Assembly (NCBI RefSeq): GCF_009914755.1
Contig: NC_060936.1
Reading direction: 5' to 3' (one strand)
Length of the DNA: 64,000 nt
Source of the DNA: the human T2T-CHM13v2.0 reference genome, Homo sapiens
Of the stretch, positions 30,845 to 45,254 are shown one piece after another; the first letter of the stretch is position 1, and each line of letters starts with the position of its first letter. The position numbers and the translations under genes were made by a program. The notes under the pieces were generated by a model. The model saw only the letters and a program-made list of their open reading frames with translations. It ran no database searches and was not told the DNA's origin.

Positions 30845-31040
30845 ATGATACTAATAACTCAGGGACACTTATTGATCATCTACTGTTTGCCAGGCACTGT
30901 TCTGAGTGTTTTACTTGTATTAACTCATTTAATCCTCACAGTACAAAAGCCCTGTGAGGTAGGTACTGACACTATCCCTATTTCAGAGTTGAGGAAACTG
31001 AAAGGGTAATTTATTCAATGTCACGGAGCATGTAAAAGTC
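30845..31040 (-). mobile_element. MIR
   Basis: 'ttaactcatttaatcctcaca...gccctgtgaggtaggtact...gaggaaactga'. Confidence 0.85.
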
Positions 31041-31047
31041 AGCACTA

Positions 31048-31524
<477 letters not shown>

Positions 31525-31914
31525 TCAGCCCTGCAACACTAGGACGAGGGTTCATGGCCTGCAACACTAGCTGGAAAGAAAGAGGAAGTTTAGATAATAT
31601 TAATAAGCTCCACCTAGAAGGATTAAATTCACTTGTGAGTATCACTGGGGTTGCTTACAACAACATTTTAAATACCCAGTAGAGGAGTCAAGTGCTTTCC
31701 TTAGTCCTCATTTTGAAATTTCATCAAATAGGGTGCTATTCCACACATAAGGCTTGTGTTTAGCTTATAAGGCCCTCCTCGATCTGCCTCTTCTTCTCCC
31801 TCATTATGCAATGACATAGAAATTCTTGCTTTTCCTACCTCCCATGTTTTATTCCTCCTACCTGGAATGCTGTTCTTTATGCCTCTCAGTGCAACCAATT
31901 TTCTGGTAAATCCT

Positions 31915-31916
<2 letters not shown>

Positions 31917-31947
<31 letters not shown>

Positions 31948-32174
31948 AGACAGGGTCTCACTCTTGCCCACATTGGCCCAGGTGATCCTCCCACCTCAGC
32001 CTCCTGGGTAGCTGGGACTATAGGTGCTCATAACCATGCCTAGCTAATTTTTGTATTTTTTGTAGAAACAGGGTTTCACATATTGCCCAGGCTGGTCTTG
32101 AACTCTTGGCTCAAGCGATCCTCCCACCTTGGCCTCCCAAGGTGCTGGGATTATAGGCATGTGTCACTGTGTCC
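31917..32174 (-). mobile_element. AluJ with internal deletion
   Basis: Long poly-T, shortened right arm. Confidence 0.88.
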
Positions 32175-32175
32175 A

Positions 32176-32283
32176 CATATATATATATATATATATATGG
32201 ATATATATATATAAATACACATATATGTGTATATATATATACATATATGTGTGTATTATATATATACACACATATGTATATAA
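32176..32283. repeat. TA-rich alternating purine-pyrimidine tract
   Basis: About 105 bp of (TA)n mixed with CA/TG. Confidence 0.9.
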
Positions 32284-34737
32284 AGACACAGTTCAAGGGT
32301 CAAGTCTTTTACAAAGCTTTTTCTTAGATGAACTTCATCTCTCTCCCTGTTAATGGATCACTTCCTCCTATGTGACAGCAGCATATATACTTTTATATTA
32401 GCATCTCTAATATTTTATTGCAATATTTGTACATGGACCACAATGTGTGTTACCCGTCGTCCATAAAATAGGCACAAAAATTGAAGGTAAGCATTTAGAC
32501 CTTGTATAGCAATTTAACAAAGTAATTTTATGACTCTGGAATCTAATAATAAAAATTGGAGATTGCATTTTTATATCTTAATTTTTATTTTTTTTTCTAG
32601 TTTTAAACAAATTTTTATGAAAGTATCCATCGTGAAGGATTTACATTTGAAAAAACTGGTCCTTTATTACAGATAGTTTGGGAAGCACTATTTATTATTT
32701 TTTCTTATCTGTCCTCTGTGCTAGGCTGTAAGTACCTAAGGGCAAAGTCCCTCTTGTATGAACAGTATTTTTGTATCAACAGTAATGAATTTGTTGTTCA
32801 GAACAATGACACTGTGACTCTCATAAAACCATTTTCATACCTATCACTTGTCCCTTTTTAAAGACTGAATTCTACTGTGTTTTATCCCTCAGTCATTGTA
32901 CTTATCATTATCATACTGTAATTAACGGTTTATGGTTCTGTTTTTCCCACAAAACCTTAAGGATAGTTGAACCCGGCTCTTAATCACTTTTCCCTTCCAA
33001 ATTCCAACCACAGTGCTTGGTATAAAATCAATGCTCAGTAAGTGTCATTGATTGAATGAACAAATGAATGGATTCTAGCTGCTTATCTGTTCCTTTTTGT
33101 TTTTAGTGACCTGATTATGGCTTGATTCATAAATTCACAGCTTATGGGTGTAAAATAGATCTAGAAGAATTAATTTCTGATGTCTCCCTATATCTACTAC
33201 TACAATTTAATATTGTCAAGAATTATCTTTTTATGAAGATAATAAAATAATCTTTTTCCGTGTGAACAAAATGGGATTTGCATTTTTGTATGAATTACTT
33301 GTACCAATAAAAAGTCCTTGTATCACGTTGCCACTGATTTACGTTACTGTAATTCTGCTGCACAGGTTTGCCTTTCTTTGCAGGTTTGAATTTTGGTGTT
33401 TGTTTCTGAGCTGGTCCTCTCTTCCAAAAATAAGGCAGCTAACGGAAAACCCTACAAGTTTCTGTCTAAAAACCATTCCCTCTGATTCATTTACTATATT
33501 TTTTTCCGTACTTTTTTTTTTCTAAATATGTTCCCTATTCAGCTGACCTACGTAATTAGGACTTTGAAAAATCCCAGAAGAGCTCTATTTTGTAATTTAC
33601 ATTTGAATTATATATTTCAACAAAGCATCTAACCTTGCTGTGGAAGGATGTTAAGATTGTTTTTGAATATTGTATTTTAGCTTTCTCTGCTTATTGGACA
33701 ATTGATACTTAAATTTTGTTTTAATCTACTCAGCATTTCAAGTTCTTTTTCTTCTTATATATTTTTGTAAGAAACCTCCATCATGAAATAATTTAGATAT
33801 TTGAAATGTGAATAATGAAAGTAGAGTCAAATAAAAGTATATTTGCTTTAACTTTAGTAAAGAGGGGAAATATAAAAGTTGCATAAATTTAAAAATTAAT
33901 CTGGAGATATTCCATGCTAAGGGCTTGTTAAATAAGCAACATGAAGAGCATCAATCAGGTTGGACATTTTTATTGTCAATGTTTAGTTACTTCCAGTGTA
34001 GATTAGTGTTTTTTGAAACAGAAGTAGGCAGGGCTAACTGCCATATGAATAATTTACTTTCAGGGAACCAGGAAACATAAAAGTATAAATAGTATTTCTA
34101 ATGGACTGCCAAATGTTATAATCCAAATAAAAGCATTTCCAGAGGAACCAAAAGAATGGGGGCATTCTATTTGTATGGAATATAATTTGATAAAAAATTA
34201 TGAGCAGATTGCATTCATAGAGAAATAAAATATGTGTGAGGGGAAAACAGCTAATAAAGAGGAGACAAAAGAGAATAAAAGCAGTGATCCACATTTTGAA
34301 GATTTTTAGCTGGAGACACTGAGTGATCATAGCAACCATCTCCAAGGAGACCTGTGGAAATGTGAAAAACGCTGAGGTCACACAGGCGTCCAGAGAAATT
34401 CCTTATTGATTAACAACTTCTAGATATGTCTTTCTCTCTTCACCTTCAATGCCTCCAACCTTTCAAACAGCATTTATTAGAAAGATAAAGGAAAACCAAA
34501 TGTGATTTGCCCTGAAGAGAAAAAGTAACTCTCAGAACAGAAACTCAGCTCAAAACGTTTTGAGCAGCCTTTCACTAACCTTCAAAAGCTATTCAGAAAC
34601 TTGGATATTAATGAAGTGAGAAGTCTCAAGGATGAAATAGAAGCCTTGGTCATAGGTGGTAGTATTGGTTATTGTTTTACTGAAAAAGAGGCAAGTTTAA
34701 ATTCTAGGGCTTGGAAGCAAAATGCTCAGAAATGGTG

Positions 34738-35120
<383 letters not shown>

Positions 35121-35164
35121 TGATGAGAAACTGTGTGCCATCTTTGAGGAGCATGATTTCCTTA

Positions 35165-35530
35165 GTTCATTCAGTTAGTAAACATTTATTACTTGTCTGC
35201 AGCAGCTCAGCCAGCTCTATACCAGACGCTGGGAAAACAAATGTCATCCGTGGTCTTGAGATGCTAAAAGTTTAAAGGGGAGATGGACAAAATAACTAAA
35301 ACTGAAAGCAGTAATTACATACTGTAGGAAATGTGTGCAGAGTGTTCTAAGCATAGAGGGGCTGGAGGGAACATTTGAATCAGGAAGAAATTCCAGAGGA
35401 AGTTGTGACTATGCTGAAAGCTGAGAAGGGGCATAAGGTGCCTAGGATGATATAAAAGTCATGAGATTTAAGAAAGGTCTGGGAATCGCATGCAGGCCAG
35501 TAGACTTAATGAGAAGTAGTTAGGGTGTGA
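35165..35530 (-). mobile_element. L2 fragment
   Basis: 'ttcattcagttagtaaacatttattac...gctgggaaaaca'. Confidence 0.55.
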
Positions 35531-36467
35531 AATGTGACAAAAATTAAGTACTCTTCTGCTCCACCCTCTATCCATTTATTTCTCCTTGATTAATTTTGGG
35601 GAAGTTGTGGTTTGGATCTGAGAGGAGAGTGTGCCATTTGATCAAAACCACGAGGCCAGATCATTTTCCAGTACCACCAAGGATCATTTGGCATGGGCTG
35701 CTGATTTCTGCTGTGGTCTCACCTTGCTCAGCAAGGTCAGATTGCATATAGATTTCATGTGTTCACTTTAAGGAATCTCACTTGTGAGATTTAGTCATAT
35801 TGCAAGCTTTATATCTACCCCATGGGATATAACATATGGGATATGCTATTTAATGGCAGTTATGCAGATTAAATGAGCAAATATATGTACAACACTAATA
35901 ATAAATACTGCCTGATACATAGTAAACACCGTATAAAGCGTTATTATTGTTATGATGAGTAATTATTATTCATCTGGGATTCTCCTGAGTCGTCGGAACC
36001 CCTGGGCTGTCCTTTGGACCTGGAGCCTGAGCAGAACTGGAAAAGACTCCCAGAAAGACCTAGGGCTCTCTAAGACAGTATGGTCCATTAGAGGTATGGA
36101 TGCCTGGGTCTTGGCTAGAGTCCAGGGTGGAAAATATAGGTCAGTTCACTGAAAAGTTCATTTTTATTGTGAGTGTGTTGGGAGCAATGTGAGTCAACAG
36201 CACTGCGCAGTTGCTCCTTTTGAATTTGCTACCATAATTTTTGGAAGGGACTGCATGGGCTTCACAGCAGCGAAGGCCCTGGGTTTTACTACTATAAAAT
36301 AAGTCATCATCTAGGATGTGAAAGAGCTTGCTTTTCTGTTTTGTTTTAAAAGGATATATTATAGCTGATAGTGCAAATCTACTCTTAAGAATTTCTAATT
36401 ACTATTTGAATATGGTCTCTATTTCAGAACCTGCTTAGGCCCAAATTTGAAAACAGTTTATAATGAA

Positions 36468-36543
36468 CCTGCTTTCTGTAATTCTTGTACACACCAATTT
36501 CCCACCCTGCTTTCTGTAATTCTTGTACACACCAATTTCCCAC
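36468..36543. repeat. Perfect 38-bp tandem duplication
   Basis: cctgctttctgtaattcttgtacacaccaatttcccac x2. Confidence 0.97.
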
Positions 36544-36919
36544 GCTAGCTGTGAGAAGTTCATGGGATGATGTGTCTGTGTTGTTTATCCTACAGAAAAC
36601 CGTGAATAAATGGCTGTTATTTTTGCTATTCTCGTCTTGCTGATTTCCTATGCTAGTGGCTAGCACAAATGCAAGATTATATTGTGCCATACTCACTGGA
36701 AGTTTGGTGGCTACAAGATTTCCCTAGCACATGGCCTTAGTCTGAGCAAACTGTAGCAACAACTATAGGATGCCCAATTGGTTCACATTTTAAAATTGGG
36801 TGTGGACAAAATCAGTCATAGTAAAACTGCGTAAAGAATGCAGATTGCTCAAAGCTATGTCCTTGAGCAATAAAAAGCCGCTTTTTATGAGGAAATTACA
36901 CTGTCGTTGTGCAAGAATA

Positions 36920-37125
36920 ATATTGTGCTGGACAAAGTGCTAAATTCTTTTTTTAATCATCACAACCCCTCCTCCCCCCATTACCCTGTTTTAGAGATGA
37001 GAAAACGGAAACCCAGTGAAGTTAAGCAACTCATTCAAGGTCACCCAGCTAAGAAGACTAATGAGAGCCTTGATTTGAACCTGGAAGTGTCTGACTTCAG
37101 GGTTCATGAACTAAGCCTTTTATGC
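36920..37125 (-). mobile_element. MIR
   Basis: 'ttttagagatgagaaaacggaaacccagtgaagttaagcaactcattcaaggtcacccagcta'. Confidence 0.85.
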
Positions 37126-37140
37126 TCTATTGCTTTCTCT

Positions 37141-37428
37141 CTTTTTTTAAGACAAGCCTCACTCTGTCACCCAGGTTGGAGTGCAGTAGTGCAGTCATGG
37201 TTCACTGCAGCCTCTGCCTCCCAGGCTCAAGTGACCCTCCCACATCAGTCTCCTGAGTAGCTGGAACTACAGTCATGTGCCACCATGCCCAGTTAATTTG
37301 TGTATTTTTTGTAGAGATGAAGTTTTACCATGTTGCCCCAGCTGGTCTCGAATCCCTGGGCTCAAGCAATCTGCCTACCTCGGTCTCCTAAAGTGCTGGG
37401 ATTACAGGCGTGAGCCGTTGCACCAGCC
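37141..37428 (-). mobile_element. AluJ
   Basis: Full dimer; 14-bp TSD tgctctattgcttt. Confidence 0.93.
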
Positions 37429-37459
37429 AGTGCTCTATTGCTTTGTTTGCACTATCTAG

Positions 37460-37700
37460 GCCATTTGTTCATCCATTTATTCATTTATTCCATAAATATT
37501 TATTGTATATGCCGAGTACTCTTCTAGGCCTGGAAATACTGTGGTGAACAAGAATGTCAAAGACTCCACAGTTAGGGAGTTTGCATTCTAATGGGAGAGA
37601 CTTAAAATAAACAAGGAAATGAGTGCATGAGTGTGAGTCAGTGTGTATGTATATATTCTTTGGGGAGTGACGTGTGCTATAAAGACAAATGAAGTTCAGA
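37460..37700 (-). mobile_element. L2 3' end
   Basis: 'catttgttcatccatttattcatttattccataaatatttattg...ttctaggcctggaaatactgtggtgaacaaga'. Confidence 0.8.
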
Positions 37701-37749
37701 GAAGAGGTATGTTAGTTATTTCGTATTTTGGTTTTTTTGGGGAGGGGTG

Positions 37750-38070
37750 TTTTTTGTGTTTTTGTTTGTTTAGTTGGTTTTTAGAGACAGGATCTTGCTC
37801 TGTGGTGCAGGCTGGAGTGCAGTGGTGTAATCTCAGCTCACTGCAACCTCCGCCTCACGGATTGGAGTGATTCTCCCACCTCAGTCTCCTGGGACTGGAA
37901 GCTGGGACTACAGGCACACACCACTATGCCTGGCTACTTTCTGTATTTTTTGTAGAGACAGGGTTTCGCCATGTTGCCCAGGCTGATCTGGAACTCCTGG
38001 GCTCAAGTGATCCACCTGCCTTGGCCTCCCAAGGTGCTGTGATTACAGGTGTGAGCCACCATGCCTAGCC
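37750..38070 (-). mobile_element. AluJ
   Basis: Full dimer. Confidence 0.92.
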
Positions 38071-38220
38071 AATATTTTAATCGTTTTAACTTAACATTTA
38101 ATATATATTTGTATATTAATGATCCACCTGCCTTGGCCTACCAAAGTGCTGGGATTACAGGTGTAAGCCACTGTGCCTGGCCAATATTTTAATTGTTTTA
38201 ACTTAACATTACATATATAT
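38008..38220. repeat. 112-bp-period tandem duplication of Alu 5' end plus flank
   Basis: tgatccacctgcc...aatattttaat(c/t)gttttaacttaacatt at 38008 and 38120. Confidence 0.9.
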
Positions 38221-38254
38221 ATATATATATATATACACATACACACACACACAA

Positions 38255-38965
38255 CTATGTTTGAAAATTATAAAGGATAACAGTGTCATATGTATGACTT
38301 ACCACCTAATCTACAAACAAAAGCCCTGCCAATTCTGTCGCACTTATCTGTGCTCTGCCCCATCCCATATACCTGCCTATCTTTTGAAGCAACTACTTCC
38401 TAATTTTTTTCTTTCTCTTGCCTTTTTTTAAAAAATGTTATTTATCCCTTAAAAATATGCTCATAAGTACTATACAGCTAATTTTGCTTGTTTGTTTTGA
38501 TTTGTAAAAATAGTATAACTGTTTGACATTGTTGCATGTAGCTGTAGTTCATTCATTTTAAAAGCTGAATTATGTGTTGTTGGGTGAGTATGCAGAATCA
38601 ATTGATTCATTGCCCTGTTGGTGGATATTTGGATTGTTTCCAGCTTTCTGCTATTTGAACAATGTTGCTGAACATTTTCATGTGTTCCTATTAACACACA
38701 TATACAGGAGTTTCTCCATGGCCTATTGCTGGGAGTGGAATTGCATGGTTATTGGGTATGTCAGTGTTCAAGTTCACATGATACGACTGCATTGTTTTCC
38801 GAAGGAGCATCACCAGTTTACATTCCCACTCATAAGTGATTAAGAGCTCCAGCAGACCCACTTTTTATCAGCACGTGGTATTATAAAACATCTTAATTTT
38901 TGCCAGTCTGGTGGGTATAACATTGCATTGTGGTCTTCATTGACATTTCCTGATAACTATTGAGA
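38255..38965 (-). mobile_element. L1ME-type fragment
   Basis: 'ggtggatatttggattgtttccagc...gggagtggaattgcatgg...cagtttacattcccac'. Confidence 0.8.
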
Positions 38966-39640
38966 TATAGCCTCTGAAGAGGTGACTTGAGCAGAAACCT
39001 GAATGAAGTGAACGACCAAACCATGAATGACTGATGGGTGGAATGTTCCAAGGCAACAAAACACAGGCTGAAATTATCCTGAGATGTCCATGGAGTAGCA
39101 AGAGAGTCCTTGTGAATAAAGAGAAGTGAGCTGGAGATACAAGGTTGGGAAGGAGTGGAGAGGCTAGTTCTCCTAGAACCTGGGATGCCATGGTAAATAC
39201 TGTACTTTAGACTTGATATGAGAGTATGAGAAGACATGACAAGGCGATTAGAAGGGAGGAATGTGATTTGATTAATGTTTTTAAAATATGTTGGCTTCTA
39301 TGTGATTGGATTATAGGGGATGATGAGAATGAGACCCTAGAGATGAGTTGGATATGCAGAAGTTAAGGCAAGAGATAGTTCTGGCTTCTGTCAGTGTTGG
39401 TGAAGAAGGTGGTGAGAAGCTAGATTCAGGACATAGTTTGAAGGTAGGCTGGTGAGTGAGACCTGTAAATGGTTTGGATGGAGGTGTGAAAAAGGGAGGA
39501 ATTAAGGATAATATCCTGGTTTGGGAGTGAATAACAGAGAATGTAGATCCATTGACGAAATGGGAAAGACCTTGAAAAGAAGAGTAGGGTTGGGGAGAAA
39601 ATGAAAAGTTTTTTTAATATGGAGAATATATATTCATTGT
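38965..39640 (-). mobile_element. L2 fragment
   Basis: 'ctctgaagaggtgacttgagcagaaacctgaatgaagtga' and downstream L2 motifs. Confidence 0.75.
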
Positions 39641-40495
39641 ATTTGTAGCTACCTACTTGACATGTCATCTGTTGATGTTTCAAAAGTACCTTCAATTAAA
39701 CATGTACAAAACTGAACAAATGCTTTTTTGTCCCACCCTTGAACTTCTTCCTTATCTCAGTGAGTGGTGGCCCATCCATCTGGTTCGACAAGCCAGAAAT
39801 CTGGTAGTCATCTTTAATATCTCCCCCTAGCTTGTCACCAGTACCACTCCATTACCACCACCTGACAGTTTACTTCTAAAATATCTCTAGAATGTGTTCA
39901 TTTATTTCCATCTCCATCGTGATCACTCTAATGCCAGCTACGTTACCACCAGTTTGCACCTTGAGTGCTGTCGTAATCTCCTAACTGCATTTGTTCTAAT
40001 CTTTCAATAATCCATTGTCGACTCTGCAGCTGGCTCACTTTGAACCTCCAAGTTCAAAACCCTTCAAGACTTCTTTATTGCCTTTATGAGTAATCCACGA
40101 TATGACCTGAATGACCAGGTTCCTGCCCATATCTCTAGTGCCATCTCTAGCTATTTTCTTCTCTCTGGGCATCTCTTTGTTTCTTGAAGGCACAAATTCA
40201 TTTCCCTTCCTGGGCGTTTGCACAGGCTGAACCTGGAATACAACTCTAAGTAACATCATCCTTTAGATTTTAGCTCAAATGATACTTCCTTGGAAAAGCC
40301 ACTCACAACCCCTGCTCCCCTAACGTGTACACGTACATATGCTCCCACGCCTGCCACAACTAAGGATTATCTGTTATATGTTCTTAAAGAATATAATTTC
40401 AAGGATTGCTTAAGCCCAGGAGTCTGAGGCTGCAGTGATCTGTGATCATGCCTGGTACGTAGAGAACATTTAATGAAGATTTGTTGAATAAATCA
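39640..40495 (+). mobile_element. L2 fragment (opposite orientation; small Alu piece 40401-40452)
   Basis: 'aacatgtacaaaactgaac...caagccagaaatctggtagtcatctt...atttgttgaataaat'. Confidence 0.75.
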
Positions 40496-40690
40496 GTTGG
40501 GGAACAAGGGATTGCTCAAATATCTGAATTGATTTTATAGGCCTTTCTAAGAGAAATACTTTTGGTTATGATAGATAAACTCTTCAAAAAAAACTTGCTG
40601 GAAAGAGTCTTAGTTCCATTTTATATTTCCTTAGCCATCACAACTCTGCATCCACTATTTATTGTGAAGGAAATCAAGATAGGTGATTTC

Positions 40691-40992
40691 TTTCTTTTTT
40701 TTTTTTTTGAGACTGAGTCTCACCTCTGTCGCTCAGGCTGGAGTGCAGTGGTGTGATCTTGGCTCACTACAGCTTCTCCCTGCCGGCTTCCAGTGATTCT
40801 CTTGCATCAGCCTCCCAAGTAGCTGAGGTTACAGGCGCCCACCACCACACCGGGCTTATTTTTGTATTTTTATTAGAGACGGGGTCTTGCCATATTGGCC
40901 AGGCTGGTCTTGTAATCCTGACCTCAAGTGATCCACCCACCTCAGCCTCCCAAACTGCTGGGATTACAGGCATGAGCTACTGCACCTGGCCC
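40691..40992 (-). mobile_element. Alu (J/S)
   Basis: Full dimer; TSD aagata..tgatttct. Confidence 0.92.
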
Positions 40993-41249
40993 AAGATACA
41001 TGATTTCTAATCTATGGAATTTGATTTCTAATGTAGCTTAAGGAATTTTGGGGCAGGAACTCTAATTCAACTGATGTCCATATGTAAAACAGGATTATTG
41101 TAAACAGAAGGCATTTCAGTAGCATTTACAGATTTGCAGACTGTTTTTACATTAGGGATGCCCTGGAGTCAATGAAGTTTCTCTTTACTTAGCATGTTAC
41201 CTCACAAGTAAAACTTTTCAAGTATTCAGACAGACAAAGTCTTAGTTCT

Positions 41250-41566
41250 TTACCATGGTAGACTAGGCCTCCATGATCCTACTTCAACCTACTTTTCCAG
41301 CATCAGTGCTTGCCACTTCTTGCACCATCCTTCACATTCCAGCCATACCAAATTGCTTGTAGTTGCTCATGTTAGAGCAAGTGCTCCTTGTCTGTGTTCC
41401 TGCAATACCCTGCAATATCTTGGGCATTGTTGCATGGGAGGCATCTGTTTGTCTCTCCCAATGAACTGTAAGCTCTTTGAGGGAAGAAACATTGCCATTT
41501 CTTTTTCGTATATTCATTTGTACAGAGTCTGGTGCAGAAGGACTCAGTCAATGCTTAATGAATGAA
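41250..41566 (+). mobile_element. L2 3' end
   Basis: 'actgtaagctctttgagggaag...ctcagtcaatgcttaatgaatgaa'. Confidence 0.7.
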
Positions 41567-42573
41567 AGATCCAACTTGTGGTCAACCACAAGAGTAGATC
41601 TGTTTAATTACTGAAAGGACAAATCCACCCCAAGACTTGCTACTTGCTCCATAACCCACAGGCTAACTAGATAATATGAAAACGTTTGGTAGCATCTTCT
41701 CTAGGATATCTGCATTGCGTTTGCAGCTATCCTTCCTGGGAACTCACTGTTGGTACAAAGGAAAAGAATTTTGTCACCTTTCCTACTCACCTACTTAACT
41801 CAGAAATCATATGGTGACCAATCCATAAACTAAAATGCTAATCCTATCACTCAGAGGTAAATGCCACTAATATTTTGTAATACCCTACCAGCCTTTTCTT
41901 ATGTACTTTTATGCATTATTGCCCTAAAGTTGGATCAAACTCTGTCACTTTTTTCATGACATAGTTTCTCTCCCTCTTGCTCCCAGCCTTATAGATAGAT
42001 TTTATTCATGCTACTATATATTATATTTACAACAACATCATTTTATAACGGCCGTACTTACAACATCTTTTATAAAGGCTTCTAAATATTTTGTTTATAC
42101 ATTAATATGTTACTTTGGCACTTTTTAATTTAAGGGGTGATTAGGATAAGGAAATCAATCTGTTGTAATTTTTTTAACCAGTGGTATCAAAGAATGATTT
42201 TATGTGAAAAGTTTGAGATTATAGCTACATCAGTACATAATTAAGATGATATTTAATAGATTACTTATTCTGTCTCTCTAATCAAAATTATCTGCTTCCG
42301 AATGCCCATTTTAAGATTCCTTGATAATTTTCTCTCCTATTAGACTAAGCAAGACCCTTTGGTAACAATCTCCTTTAAGTTTCTTCATTTTATACAAGTA
42401 GTATACATGATGGTTATCAAAAAACTTGTTAATTTCAGGAGGAAGTCACTTGAGTAAAGGCTACAGATTATACCATTGATTCTTAAGGGACTAAATTAAT
42501 TAATTGGTAACTTGAACATTGACCACATAAGACATTTATATAACTTGATATGTGAACAAAAAGGTATGAGCTC

Positions 42574-42898
42574 AGCTGGGCATGGTGGCTCACGCCTGTA
42601 ATCCCGCACTTTGGGAGGCCGAGGCAGGCGGATCACCTGAGGTCAGGAGTTCGAGACCAGCCTGGCCAACATGGCAAACCCTGTCTCTACTAAAAATACA
42701 AAAACTAGCCAGGTGTGGTGGCGGGTACCTGTAATCCCAGCTACTTGAGAGGCCAAGGCAGGAGAATCGCTTGAACCTGGGAGGTGGAGGTTGCAGGGAG
42801 GTGGAGGTCGTAGTGAGCCGAGATTGCACCACTGCATTCCAGGCTGGGTGACAGAGAAAGACCCCATTTAAAAGAAAAAAGAAAAAAAGAAAAAAAAG
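42574..42898 (+). mobile_element. AluSx-like with ~17-bp internal duplication
   Basis: ggaggtggaggt repeated in right arm; TSD gtatga(g/a)ctc. Confidence 0.94.
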
Positions 42899-44417
42899 AG
42901 TATGAACTCTATAAAACCTTTGTCTTCAAATCTTTGTAGCCACATTAATTTTACTTCAGAGGTTCTTCAAGTTATTAGACCCTTTGATTAATCCTCAGAG
43001 AAAGTGGGTGCCATCCTTCTTTTGGTCTGAGTTGTAGATGAGTTGGGTTTCTATAAAGTACCTCTCATCCCAACCTAATAGTGCTCCATTGACCCAGAAT
43101 AAAGTAAATCGGAAATAGATTCTTCATTAACTTTTTGTGATTATTCTTCCTTTGTTGAATCCATATTTTAGAGATCATCTAGTTTAGGCATTACATGAAC
43201 AGTTTTTTGGAGGAGCATAAGGATTTTTTAAAACACCAATAGCTAGTTTACTATATGGTTTTCAAAAAGAATATTTGTAATCATTCCAACAATAAAAAGA
43301 ATACAGGAATGAGCAAATTTATACCCTAGTGAACTTTATCACTTACATGATGAGGGGTTTCCGTGACTTTTTGCTTTTGGCAATGCCACCTTTTTTTATT
43401 GAGGATTGAAGGAGGGAGCAGTGTGGGGAACTCCCAGAGGGATCATTCTCTCAGGGGTTACTTGGTTACTTTGTGGCTTGCTCCTTGAGAACCAGCCTGT
43501 GAGGATGTGAAATAAAATGTGTGAGTGTCTCCAAGAGAGTTCTCACCTTTAGGTACTGTCTCAGCAGTGCCTGGCACATAGTACTGGGGCAATGTGAATT
43601 TGCCAAATGAATGATTGAATTAAGAAATGAATTAATTTAAAATTTTTGTCTTAAAAAATGAGATCGCAACTTAAGCCAAGCCATGCCATCTGGTTGGAGG
43701 CTATTTATGGCTCTCAAGTGGTGTCATTTTGGCATGGTACAGGAGGGGTGACTGTCACTGCATTTGATGTTATCCAATGTGTCCATAATGCTTTAAAGAA
43801 CAGATGATTTAAAGTGAGTATGATTTGTTTCCTGGATCCTGATTTAGTAGCAGAGCCTCCTTATGAAGAAGTGGCCTGCCTTCTCTTGCCTGAATTTAAA
43901 GTAGTACTGCTTCAGGTGCAAATCATACCAGCATTCATATTCAAGGTGAATCTACTGCTGACATTATTATAAACTATTTACTTTCAGCATCAATGACTTA
44001 GTCTCTCATCAGGGCAGACAAATGCTAAGCTTTTACACTTTCTGATCATTGGGAAAAATAAATGAGATGTATAATGTCTTAATTTTGATGAGGGGTTTAA
44101 GTTAAATTTGAGGAAAATTGTTAATAGTTGTGTATATTAAAAAGCTTCATTATTAAAATTATGCCGATTAGTAGGATGTACCTGCAGTGCAGAAGTCAAA
44201 ATTATCATGCACATTCAGTGTTTTAGAATTAAAATTTTGGGGGAAGTATTACAGCGAAGAAAAATTGAGGGAAGTGTTAACATTTATTGAGAATTTGCAT
44301 ATGTTACTTAATTTTCACAGTCACAGATACCACGTGTTAATATCTAAAGTAGAAAAAGGAATAAAGCAAAGGAGGACAAAAAGAAAAGGAGTAAGAATAA
44401 TTTTTCTATGAAATTAT

Positions 44418-44670
44418 TGATTGCTGCGCTTATACTGTAGCCCTTATACTGTGGCCTGTCCTTGTACTGATCAGGCCAGCCCGTCCACAGATAGAGATGG
44501 CATCCTTATGTTTATACCGGGAAGCTGTAGGTTTCCTATGTCTGACCCCACTTTCCCCTAACCCAGCCACAGTGGCCCAGTCTGTTAGGGCAGAATTTGT
44601 ATTATGCCTTTCACACTTCCCATTTTGTTCTTTAATTCACACTGTAACCTAAGCCTAGAATGAAAACCTT
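44418..44670 (+). repeat. Copy 1 of local ~250-bp duplication
   Basis: Aligns end to end with 46103-46328. Confidence 0.93.
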
Positions 44671-44969
44671 CATGCATAAATAAGATGGTCCCTTATTGCA
44701 GGTGAAAAATCACTTTGGACTGAGGAGGACCACAACTTGCCCAGTTTCAAGAGGATTTCCTTTTATCCTTCTCTCTCAAATCCGCAATTTAATTTCATGT
44801 TCTAAAAATGATTGGATAATATATATTTATAGTAGTTTGATATTATACCACTGGTTTAAGCACTCTGATTCTTTCTTCCTCACACCATCAATTACATAGA
44901 CTTTTTGGATGTTCCAAAATTACCCTTCTAATTTAATATCTTAACAGCAAGCAAATGTGGATTTTTTGT

Positions 44970-45210
44970 TATAAATAATAGTTAAGAGTTGCTGAGCCTA
45001 TGCTGTGTGTTGGGTGCTGTGCTATTCTATTCAGACAATCTTTATAATACTCTCATGGGGGATATAAATATAGTTATCATTCCAGTTTCATAGGAGAGGA
45101 AAGTGAAGGCTCAGAGAGGTGAAGTTCTTTGGCCATGGTCACCCAAGTTGCAAGTGGTCCAGCTGAATTTAGACCAACTTGTTCACCTCCTAAGTCTGTG
45201 CTCTGCCTGC
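44970..45210 (-). mobile_element. MIR
   Basis: 'gaggaaagtgaaggctcagagaggtgaagttctttggccatggtcaccca'. Confidence 0.85.
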
Positions 45211-45254
45211 CTTCTGGGTAGGGCTCAAGTCTTCTTTTTGTTTGTTGTTTTTTA

